From a virus (Duplodnaviria; Caudoviricetes): 27,451 nt of DNA. Where the stretch lies: IMG/VR virus record IMGVR_UViG_3300012952_000100, positions 1 to 27,451 of that record; one strand, 5' to 3'. The position numbers and the translations under genes are program-made. Shown here one piece after another: positions 7,366-15,518 of this stretch. The stretch's first letter is position 1; the number at the start of each line of letters is the position of its first letter. The notes beneath the pieces are model-generated. The model made no database searches. It worked only from the letters and a program-made list of their open reading frames with translations, and had not been told where the DNA came from.

Positions 7366-8616
7366 ATGTCAGGAAGTGCATCAAGAGCATCTAAGTATGC
7401 TAAAATGGTTATCAATAAGGATGGTAAAACTGCTAATATTGCAGGAAAAACTACATCTTTTGATTTTTATGAGAGTGTATATTCACCTGAAATAACTGCT
7501 ACTTTGGTATTTTTAGATGCTGGTGATTCTATTGATGCAGGTAAGGATCAAGATACACAAGGTAGAAAAGGAAGTATTAAAAATTCATTACCTATTACTG
7601 GATATGAAGATCTTGAATTAAAGATAGAATCTAAATCTGGAAATTTAGATTATGTAAAAAATCCATTAAAGATTACTGGTGCTCCAGTTGTATCTCAGGA
7701 ATCAAATCGTCAATCTGTTTTTCTAAGTCTTAAATCAAATCCTGCTATTGATAATTATGATATTAAAGATCCATGTAAAAAGTATAAAGGTAGGATTAGC
7801 AATACGGTTGAACAGATATTGAAAGATTTAAATGTCAAAAAATATACAATAGATGGTACAAGTAATAGTTATGATTTTATCTCAAAAGGAAAGGGTGGAT
7901 TGGATTTGATAAATGATTTATGTAGAAGATCTATTCCTGAAAAAGGTGATCCTGGATTTTTCTTCTATGAAACTCAAGATGGACTTAATTTTAAAGCAAT
8001 AGATAATTTAATTTCGGAAGAACCAGTAGAAACATATACATATTCTGGTGCAATGCAAGGTAAAGAGAATGATTTTAAAATTGTACTGCCACCCAATATC
8101 GTTAAGGATCAAAATGTAACAAAAGCATTGGAGTCTGGAACTTATAGTAGTCGTAATGTATTTTTCAATCCTTTAACATTTGAAACTAAAGAAGAGATTT
8201 ATAAATTAGATCCTCAAAAGTTGAAAACGTTAGGTAAAAAAGAAGTTCCATTTAATAATAAAGTTCAGAATTATAGTAAGACTAATTATCATATTTTGGA
8301 TATTGGTAGTTTAGATTCTACAAATATTGCACCAAATAATGATCCAAGAGAATGGCAAGCAAAATCTCCTATGAGATATAACCTTTTACATTCTCAGATA
8401 ATGGAAATACAAGTCCCTTGCAATTTAAAATTAAGAGCAGGAAATATTATTAAATTGGAGATTGAACGTCAGGGTGATAAGGCAATGGGTGGTCTAGATC
8501 AACAGCAAAGTGGTAAATACTTAATATTACATCTTTGTCATCATTTTGATTCCCAAAGATCATTTACATCTATGACTCTTGCTCGTGATACTTATGGATT
8601 ACATACTGGTAAATAA
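7366..8616 (+). CDS. Baseplate hub protein (gp27/GpD-like)
   Basis: FDFYESVYSP, GFFFYETQDGLNFK and VPCNLKLRAGNII...SGKYLI..LCHHF motifs; RBS AGGAGGA at 7354-7360; directly precedes the gp5 N-domain. Confidence 0.72.
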   Translation: MSGSASRASKYAKMVINKDGKTANIAGKTTSFDFYESVYSPEITATLVFLDAGDSIDAGKDQDTQGRKGSIKNSLPITGYEDLELKIESKSGNLDYVKNPLKITGAPVVSQESNRQSVFLSLKSNPAIDNYDIKDPCKKYKGRISNTVEQILKDLNVKKYTIDGTSNSYDFISKGKGGLDLINDLCRRSIPEKGDPGFFFYETQDGLNFKAIDNLISEEPVETYTYSGAMQGKENDFKIVLPPNIVKDQNVTKALESGTYSSRNVFFNPLTFETKEEIYKLDPQKLKTLGKKEVPFNNKVQNYSKTNYHILDIGSLDSTNIAPNNDPREWQAKSPMRYNLLHSQIMEIQVPCNLKLRAGNIIKLEIERQGDKAMGGLDQQQSGKYLILHLCHHFDSQRSFTSMTLARDTYGLHTGK

Positions 8617-8621
8617 TAAAT

Positions 8622-9539
8622 ATGGAAACTAAAGTAAGTTTAGACAATCAATCATTTTTTGGAAAGGGTGTAGAATTCTGGTTAGGAATGATTGTAAAAT
8701 TTGATAAACAGAAAAGTCAAGTATCTGGTATGGGATGGGGATGGAGATATAAAGTCCGTATCATAGGCGATTATTCAAATAATGATAGTGTTGATGATAA
8801 TGAAGTTCATACAGCAGTTGCATTGATTCCAACAACTGGTGGAACAGGTGGTGCTGGTAAAAAAGCTACGGTTAAATTAACACAAGGAGATATTGTTTTT
8901 GGTGCATTTTTATCACCCAATAATAATTTTCCAATAATTCTTGGTGCTTTGGGTAGAACAAAAGAATCTGCTGACAAAGCAAAGAAGGCTGAAGAATCAA
9001 ATGATAAGAGTAAATTTGTACCTAAATCTGGATTTACTCCAGAACAAAAAGCAGGGTTAACACAGGATCAAGAATATACAGGACAAGATCAAATAGTTAC
9101 TCCTCGAATTAGAGAAGCTACAGAGAAAGGTAATGGAAAAACAAAATCAACTCCTACTGAAAAATTATCAGATGTTAAAGGTGGAAATGATCCCAATGAA
9201 AATGCTGTTGATGCAGCATATCAACCAAAATTAGAAAATACAAAAAAAGGAAAAGATTTATGGGATATGGAAGTTGGAGAAAGTGCATTAGATTCAAACC
9301 AAAGAGATGAGATAATAGCAGATATGAATAGAGAAAATAATATAAACAATGCTAAAGAAGTTTTAGATTTTAAAGCACCTGCTGATGCTCAAGAAGTTAA
9401 AAAACTTCAATATGATTATGCAAAAAAATATGATGAGAAGGTAAAGCAGCAAAATAGTAATGTTGGTAGTGATGCTGATTTTGATGATGCAATGAATGCA
9501 AGTCAAGAAGAACTTGATGCATCATTTGATATGTTTTAA
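8622..9539 (+). CDS. gp5: Baseplate spike gp5, N-terminal OB-fold portion
   Basis: FFGKG..FWLG.IV, GWRYKVRIIG and GDIVFGAFL....FPIILG are gp5 OB-domain motifs; followed by a low-complexity acidic tail. Confidence 0.78.
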   Translation: METKVSLDNQSFFGKGVEFWLGMIVKFDKQKSQVSGMGWGWRYKVRIIGDYSNNDSVDDNEVHTAVALIPTTGGTGGAGKKATVKLTQGDIVFGAFLSPNNNFPIILGALGRTKESADKAKKAEESNDKSKFVPKSGFTPEQKAGLTQDQEYTGQDQIVTPRIREATEKGNGKTKSTPTEKLSDVKGGNDPNENAVDAAYQPKLENTKKGKDLWDMEVGESALDSNQRDEIIADMNRENNINNAKEVLDFKAPADAQEVKKLQYDYAKKYDEKVKQQNSNVGSDADFDDAMNASQEELDASFDMF

Positions 9540-9547
9540 TTACCCAT

Positions 9548-9555
9548 GATAAATA
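9548..9555 (+). promoter_or_regulatory. Late promoter
   Basis: GATAAATA in the 37-nt gap, 21 nt before the ATG at 9577. Confidence 0.6.
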
Positions 9556-9576
9556 ATAAAAGGAAATAATAGAACT

Positions 9577-11448
9577 ATGAGCATAATAGGCGGTCCCTTA
9601 CCAAAAATTAATGAAACAGTGGAGAAGGAATTTATTCCTGCTATACCAACAGAATTTCCTTCTTTTAAGCAGATTAAAGCATATCAGAATCTTATAAAGG
9701 ATAATCCTGCTGGTGAAAAATGGCAGAGTGCAATTAAGAATATTAAGACTCAATATCCTGATCAATTAAAAGATATAGTTCCATTTGATTCAAATCAGAT
9801 AGAAAATTTATCTAAGGATACTTTTAAAGAATTTGAAAAAAGAGCTGAAGAATATAAAAAAATACTCCTTCCAGATGTAGACCCAGTATCTTTAACTTCT
9901 GGTATGAAGATTTTGACTGCAAATCCAGATAAAAATAATTTCTTTGCAGAGACCCAAACCCAATTGGGTAATTTTATGGATATAGCAAGTAAAGCAAGTA
10001 ATTTTAGTCTTGATCTTCCTGGTGAGATAAAAAGTGTAGCTAATATGATTAGTAGTTCGTCTCAAACGTTTATTGGGCAAATTGGAAATTCACTTACTGA
10101 TGGGTTAATTGATTATGCTAAAGGTGGATTGGATGGTATTGCTTCAAGTGTATTTGCTAAAAATCTTCCTTTTAACACAGCATTATCACAAATTACTTCA
10201 TTACAAACAGGTATGATTGGACCAATTAGTAGTATGTTGGGTTCAACAGATTGCTTAGTAAATAAAATATCTGGTGCTTTAGGTGGTTCTATTGAAGATA
10301 TGTTGACAGGTATGGTAAAGAATGTATTAAATGCTGGTACTTGTGCTGTTCAACAAATGGTAGGTGCTATAACCAATAAAATTACAGGAATGATTGATTC
10401 TATGGTTTCTCCAGCAACAAATGCAGTATCAGGATTACTTGAGAAATTTGGAGTAAAGGCTTTTAATGTAAAAAGTTTTATTGGTAAGGGAATGAATATA
10501 ATGGGTAAAGTAAAAGATTTATTTAGTTGTGGAGGTAAAGCATCAAAACCTGTTGATACTGATAAATTTGTTATTGATAAATTAGATGCAAAACCAATGG
10601 GTAGTAATGAGCAACAAAATTTTATTGATAAGGCATTTGAATCTGCAAATGAAGTTGCTGGTCAAATTGAAAAGGGTAAAAATAATATTTTAAAAGGTCT
10701 TCCTTCTGGTTTAAATAAATTTGAAGAAGCATATGGTAAGTTTTCTATATTTGGATCTAAAGTAAGCGAGGCAGGAGATACTGTAGGAACTGATTGTTAT
10801 ACTGGAAATATATTTAAATGTGGAGCACCTAAGGTTGAGATATTTGGTGGTAATGGTATTGGTGGAGCAGGAAAAGTTTTATTTGGAAACTTTATAGATA
10901 AACTTGATCCTGATGATATTTTTGGAGATGTGAAGAGAACTGCTAGTATTGTTGGTGTTGAAATAACTGATCCTGGTGAAGGATATAGTGAAGAACCTCT
11001 TGTATCTTTTACCGATAGTTGTGATCAGGGAATTGGTGCTTTTGGTAAGGTACTTATTGATAAAAATATAAATTCTTCTACTTTTGGTCAAATAACTAAT
11101 ATTGTAGTATTAAGTGAGGGTGAAAATTATCCAGTTGATCTTCCAGGAGAGGTTGATGAAGTTTATATTGAAAAAATTATAATAGAGAATCCTGGTGCTG
11201 GATATCAGAATGCAAGTATATCTGATGAGTGTATAAAACTTAATGTTACTGATGGTCAATGTGTTAGTTGTGATGTTATTTGTCAAAAACCATATTCATC
11301 ATTACCTAAAATAGAAGAATTGATTGAAAATCCTGGATATGGTGCTATTTTCAGAGTAATTATGACATTGAACAAACCAGTTGTACCTGCTCAAACACTT
11401 GAAGTTGTTGATTGTGTTGGTGACTTCCCTACTGGAGGAGAAAGTTAG
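9577..11448 (+). CDS. gp5-associated protein (central helical and beta-sandwich part of cyanophage gp5)
   Basis: CG.PKVEIFGGNG.G, I.DPG.GY..EP.V.F.D.C..G.GA and ENPG.GY repeats and a terminal VVDCV, recalled from the middle and C-terminal part of cyanophage gp5. Confidence 0.65.
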   Translation: MSIIGGPLPKINETVEKEFIPAIPTEFPSFKQIKAYQNLIKDNPAGEKWQSAIKNIKTQYPDQLKDIVPFDSNQIENLSKDTFKEFEKRAEEYKKILLPDVDPVSLTSGMKILTANPDKNNFFAETQTQLGNFMDIASKASNFSLDLPGEIKSVANMISSSSQTFIGQIGNSLTDGLIDYAKGGLDGIASSVFAKNLPFNTALSQITSLQTGMIGPISSMLGSTDCLVNKISGALGGSIEDMLTGMVKNVLNAGTCAVQQMVGAITNKITGMIDSMVSPATNAVSGLLEKFGVKAFNVKSFIGKGMNIMGKVKDLFSCGGKASKPVDTDKFVIDKLDAKPMGSNEQQNFIDKAFESANEVAGQIEKGKNNILKGLPSGLNKFEEAYGKFSIFGSKVSEAGDTVGTDCYTGNIFKCGAPKVEIFGGNGIGGAGKVLFGNFIDKLDPDDIFGDVKRTASIVGVEITDPGEGYSEEPLVSFTDSCDQGIGAFGKVLIDKNINSSTFGQITNIVVLSEGENYPVDLPGEVDEVYIEKIIIENPGAGYQNASISDECIKLNVTDGQCVSCDVICQKPYSSLPKIEELIENPGYGAIFRVIMTLNKPVVPAQTLEVVDCVGDFPTGGES

Positions 11449-11449
11449 T

Positions 11450-12196
11450 ATGAGTCAAGAGAATTATACTCAGGAAATATTTAATCAACAGTTAATTATT
11501 GAAGCTTCTGGGCATGTTGTTGGATTACCAGGAAAGGTTGCATATTCTTTATTAGCTGCAACAAAAGATGGTGTAAAGTATAATCAAACTCTTTCTGAGG
11601 GTAGTGGTTTATCAAGAGTTTATGCTGAAAAAACACTACAGGTAGAGTGTGGATTTAAAAATAAGGAAAATGAGCATAGTTATAAATTAGTTGTGCATAA
11701 AGGTAATTGTGATTTTAATGCAGACAGAGGAAAACTTTTACAGAAAGCAAAACAGATTACTTTACAGGCATCAGAAGAAATAGTATTACAAGCACCTAAA
11801 ATTCGTATTGGTTATGATCAACCAGGATCTACTGATGAGGTTTTAATTTATGGTAAGAAGGTTCATGTTGATGAGAAAGGTCTTAAAAAGGGAAATATAG
11901 CAGAATTGCTTAAAAAAACTAGTATGTTTAAAGCTTTTGCTAGTAGTTATCTTGGTGGTTCTAGTGGTCTTCTTGGTGGATTTGGTGGAGCAATGGGTGG
12001 AGATTTAAGTCTTAGTGGGTTAGCTCAAGCTGCTGCTACTGCTTATGGTGGTCCTATTGCAGGTGCTGCTGCTGGACAATTACTTAGTGGTGAAGGTTTA
12101 GATCCTGGTTCTCTTGCTGGAAGTGTTGCTACTGCCTATGGTGGTCCTGTTGCAGGTGCAGCTGTAGAATCAGCAGTTAATCAGTCGCAAAGTTAG
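11450..12196 (+). CDS. Probable gp5 C-terminal spike-like protein with a Gly/Ala-rich tail (248 aa; start corrected from 11381)
   Basis: ATG at 11450 with RBS GGAGGAG at 11434-11440, 1 nt after the previous stop; beta-repeat-like AKQITLQASEEIVLQAPKIRI. Confidence 0.6.
   Translation: MSQENYTQEIFNQQLIIEASGHVVGLPGKVAYSLLAATKDGVKYNQTLSEGSGLSRVYAEKTLQVECGFKNKENEHSYKLVVHKGNCDFNADRGKLLQKAKQITLQASEEIVLQAPKIRIGYDQPGSTDEVLIYGKKVHVDEKGLKKGNIAELLKKTSMFKAFASSYLGGSSGLLGGFGGAMGGDLSLSGLAQAAATAYGGPIAGAAAGQLLSGEGLDPGSLAGSVATAYGGPVAGAAVESAVNQSQS
12034..12159 (+). repeat. 33-bp direct repeat x2 (ATAYGGP[I/V]AGA)
   Basis: 12034-12066 and 12127-12159, 2 mismatches, 93-bp period. Confidence 0.85.
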
Positions 12197-12205
12197 GAGG
12201 ATAAT

Positions 12206-15200
12206 ATGTCAGACACTAATTTACCTATAGGAAATGAAAATTCGCATACTGGAGATTCTGTATTTGAAAATGTTTATATCTATGGAAAATTATATTATGA
12301 TTATACAGGTCAAGACTTAACACTTCCTGATAATATTACAGTAAAGAATTTAACTGTCTTAGAAAATTCTTGGTTTGGTGGTATTGCAACTTTTAAAGAT
12401 GATGTTTTTATTGAAGCAAAATTAGATGTTTTTGAATTATTAGTTCGGAATAGGTTGGATGTTGGTGTTGGTGGAACTGTATTTACTGGAATTAATACAG
12501 GACCATTTCCTGGTAGAGTTGGTGTAGCAAATACAGCACCATTCCAAAGATTCCAAGTTGGTGGTCCAAATACAATTGGTAATTCGGGTGAAACGGATGA
12601 TAGTGCTGTTGTAATTACTGGATTAGGTACAGTTGGTATCGGAACTACTGCTCCTGCTAATTTTGGGGGTATGAATACCTCTTTTACTGGTGAAGTAAAA
12701 CTTGATGTATTAGGACCTATGAGATTGGACGGTCATTTATATGACTCTGCAGAATCTCCTGGTGTTAATGGATACTACTTGAATATGGATGTTGATGGTG
12801 TCCGATGGATTGAGGCATCACCAATTGATCTACATGGTATTTTCGTTCAAGACGAAGGAGTTTATATACCAAATCCTGGAACTGCACAAACATTTGCAAC
12901 AATGAATTATGTGCAAATTAATAGTTTAGGTCTTGGTACTGACACTACACTTCCTATTCCAGATCCAGACAATCCTACAATGATTGCTAGGATACAAACT
13001 CAAGATTTATGGGGATTTGCTGGTTCTGGTGGTAATGCTTCGATTTATAGAATGACGAAGGTTGGTATTAATAATAATAATCCATCATATGATTTAGATA
13101 TAACAGGAACTCTTCATGCTACTGGTAATGTACAATTTGATTCACAATTGACAGTTAATGGTAATACTTTACTTAAAGGAACTTTAACTGTAAATCAAGC
13201 AACTGATTTAGATTCTACATTAAATGTGGATGGTGATACAACACTTAACGCTACGCTAGATGTAGATGGTGCTACAACACTTAATAATACATTAGATGTA
13301 GATGGTGCTACAACACTTAATAATACATTAGATGTAGATGGTGCTACAACACTTAATAATACATTAGATGTAGATGGAAGAACTACATTTAATGAGCTTA
13401 CTGATGCGTCAACAACAACATTTGCTTCTGTTCAAATGGATGGTGGTGTTGGTATTGTTAAAAAATTAATCGTTGGTGGTCAAACTAAATTACAATCTTC
13501 CTTAGAATCCACTAATAGTACTACTGGTGCTTTACTAGTAGAAGTAGGTGGTATTGGTGTTGCAGGAAATGTTAATATTGGAAAAAATACATCATCAACT
13601 AATAAAGATACTGGTGCTCTTGTAGTAGAAGAAGGTGGTCTTGGTGTTGAAGAAAATGTAAATGTTGGTGGTAATGTAAGAATAGGTGCTAATGAATCAT
13701 CAACTAATAAAGACACTGGTGCTCTTGTAGTACAAGAAGGTGGTGTTGGTATTGAAGAGAATTTAAATGTTGGTGGTAATACAAGACTTGAAGGAACATT
13801 AGAATTAGAAAATTCTGTTATTGATAAGTTAAACAGTGTTGGTTTTGATGTTAGTAAAAGTAAGAATGATTATAGATTGTCGGCAGTTGGTGCTGGTGTA
13901 TCATGGAGACCATCTGGTGTTGAGACTGATAATGCTATTTGGGTTACTATGGATGGTAATGATACTAATACTGGATTATTGGAAGGTGATGCGAAGAGAA
14001 CAATTGGTGGTGCAGCAGCAATAGCAAAAGAAGGAGATACTATTATTATTCGTTCTGGTAGTTATACTGAAAATAATCCAATTGGATTAAGAACTGATGT
14101 TTCAGTTTCAGGTGAAGACTTAAGACTTGTAACTGTTATTCCTCAAAATAGAGATAAGGATGTATTCCACGTTAGACGGGGATGTTTAATTCAGAATCTT
14201 AATTTCTCTGGTCCTCCTACTGATAATCAAGGTGGAGTTTCATATAATCATACTGGTGCAGCAGTTGCTTTCCCACCATTAGTTGTAGCAGATCAAGCAA
14301 TCACAGGTTATGTTGCATTGGGACCAGCAAATGAAGGTGCAACTGGTAGGTGGAAGTCTCCTTATGTTAGAAACTGTACTAACTTTATGTCAGGTAGTAC
14401 GGGTATGAGAATTGATGGAAATCATGCTAATGCTGATTTTAGTGGTACTAATAATCTAGGACAAGACTTTAAATCTTTTGTTTGTGATGCATTTACACAA
14501 TATAATCAGAATGGTATTGGCGTATCAATTACGAATAATGGATATGCTCAATTAGTTTCTATATTTACTATTGCTTGCGATATTGCAATTTATTGTGATA
14601 CTGGAGGACAATGTGATTTAACAAACTCTAACTCATCATTTGGTAATTTTGGTTTATTTTCTAATGGTGTAGGTGCAACAGAATTTACAGGAGAATTATT
14701 TACTACTGCTCCTGCTGATAGTGATGTTTTTGAACTTATTGATGTTACTGATAGTTTTGATAGATTTAGAAAGCCATTTGACGGGCAAGGATTATTCTTT
14801 AAAATTAATTTAGCAGATTATCTTGATACTTCAGTAACTGGTATTTTAACTGCACCTCTACAATTAATTAGAGGTATTTCTGTTATAGATGGAGGAATAC
14901 CAGGAGAATATAATGCTGCAGCACCTCCAGTTGTTACTGTTCCAAGACCTTTAGGACCAGAATCTATTGGTGCAGAATTTTCTGCAAATGTAAGTGCTGC
15001 TGGTACCATTACTTCAATTGATGTTATTGCAAGTGGTAGAAATTTTCTACCAAATCAATCATTTGAAGTTAGTATTAGTGGTGGTGGATCGGCACAATTA
15101 GTTGCAGATACAGATCCCATTCTATATACTGTAAGTGTTGCTACTGAACCAACAGATACTGTTGGACTAACGACTGTAACATTTGATCAGTTTATTCCAT

Positions 15201-15517
15201 ATTCTATTAATGCTGGAACTGAGATAGAATTAGTTAGACTCAGTAGAATTATTACCAGTTCTCATTCATTTGAATATATCGGTGCTGGTACCGATATAAA
15301 TAAAGCGAACCCCTTCCAAGGTGGTGAACCTATTACTGCTAATGAAGTAGTTGCAATAAATGGAGGTCAATGTCCATTTACAAGTACAGATCAAAAGGGT
15401 AATTTTAGAATTGGTGATGGTTTAACTGTTGATCAAACTACATCTACTATTCGAGGAAGAGATTTTAACCGAGCAATTCAAGCACAATTAACACCCTTAA
15501 TACTAGCGTTGAGATAA
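12206..15517 (+). CDS. Virion structural / fibre protein with beta-repeat shaft and a pectate-lyase-like beta-helix domain
   Basis: RBS AGGAGG; VGIGT motifs; LDVDGATTLNNT repeats; IWVTMDGNDTNTG...KRTI..A...AKEGDTIIIRSGSYTE and SPYVRNCT beta-helix entry motifs. Confidence 0.75.
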   Translation: MSDTNLPIGNENSHTGDSVFENVYIYGKLYYDYTGQDLTLPDNITVKNLTVLENSWFGGIATFKDDVFIEAKLDVFELLVRNRLDVGVGGTVFTGINTGPFPGRVGVANTAPFQRFQVGGPNTIGNSGETDDSAVVITGLGTVGIGTTAPANFGGMNTSFTGEVKLDVLGPMRLDGHLYDSAESPGVNGYYLNMDVDGVRWIEASPIDLHGIFVQDEGVYIPNPGTAQTFATMNYVQINSLGLGTDTTLPIPDPDNPTMIARIQTQDLWGFAGSGGNASIYRMTKVGINNNNPSYDLDITGTLHATGNVQFDSQLTVNGNTLLKGTLTVNQATDLDSTLNVDGDTTLNATLDVDGATTLNNTLDVDGATTLNNTLDVDGATTLNNTLDVDGRTTFNELTDASTTTFASVQMDGGVGIVKKLIVGGQTKLQSSLESTNSTTGALLVEVGGIGVAGNVNIGKNTSSTNKDTGALVVEEGGLGVEENVNVGGNVRIGANESSTNKDTGALVVQEGGVGIEENLNVGGNTRLEGTLELENSVIDKLNSVGFDVSKSKNDYRLSAVGAGVSWRPSGVETDNAIWVTMDGNDTNTGLLEGDAKRTIGGAAAIAKEGDTIIIRSGSYTENNPIGLRTDVSVSGEDLRLVTVIPQNRDKDVFHVRRGCLIQNLNFSGPPTDNQGGVSYNHTGAAVAFPPLVVADQAITGYVALGPANEGATGRWKSPYVRNCTNFMSGSTGMRIDGNHANADFSGTNNLGQDFKSFVCDAFTQYNQNGIGVSITNNGYAQLVSIFTIACDIAIYCDTGGQCDLTNSNSSFGNFGLFSNGVGATEFTGELFTTAPADSDVFELIDVTDSFDRFRKPFDGQGLFFKINLADYLDTSVTGILTAPLQLIRGISVIDGGIPGEYNAAAPPVVTVPRPLGPESIGAEFSANVSAAGTITSIDVIASGRNFLPNQSFEVSISGGGSAQLVADTDPILYTVSVATEPTDTVGLTTVTFDQFIPYSINAGTEIELVRLSRIITSSHSFEYIGAGTDINKANPFQGGEPITANEVVAINGGQCPFTSTDQKGNFRIGDGLTVDQTTSTIRGRDFNRAIQAQLTPLILALR
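13257..13377 (+). repeat. 36-bp perfect coding tandem repeat, about 3.4 copies, with degenerate copies upstream
   Basis: Unit TAGATGTAGATGGTGCTACAACACTTAATAATACAT x3 plus 13 nt; encodes LDVDGATTLNNT. Confidence 0.95.
13591..13780 (+). repeat. 105-bp-period imperfect duplication (SSTNKDTGALVV.EGG.G.EEN.NVGGN)
   Basis: Copies start at 13591 and 13696; older copies lie upstream and a related copy is in the 1651-aa gene near 19030-19100. Confidence 0.85.
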
Positions 15518-15518
15518 T

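Noticed and set aside
11381-11449. TTG start given in the ORF track for the 271-aa ORF
   Set aside because: It overlaps the upstream gene by 68 nt; the ATG at 11450 has a strong RBS and abuts the previous stop.
13257-13377. 36-bp repeats as a CRISPR array
   Set aside because: Units are head-to-tail with no spacers, in frame within a CDS, and no cas genes are present.
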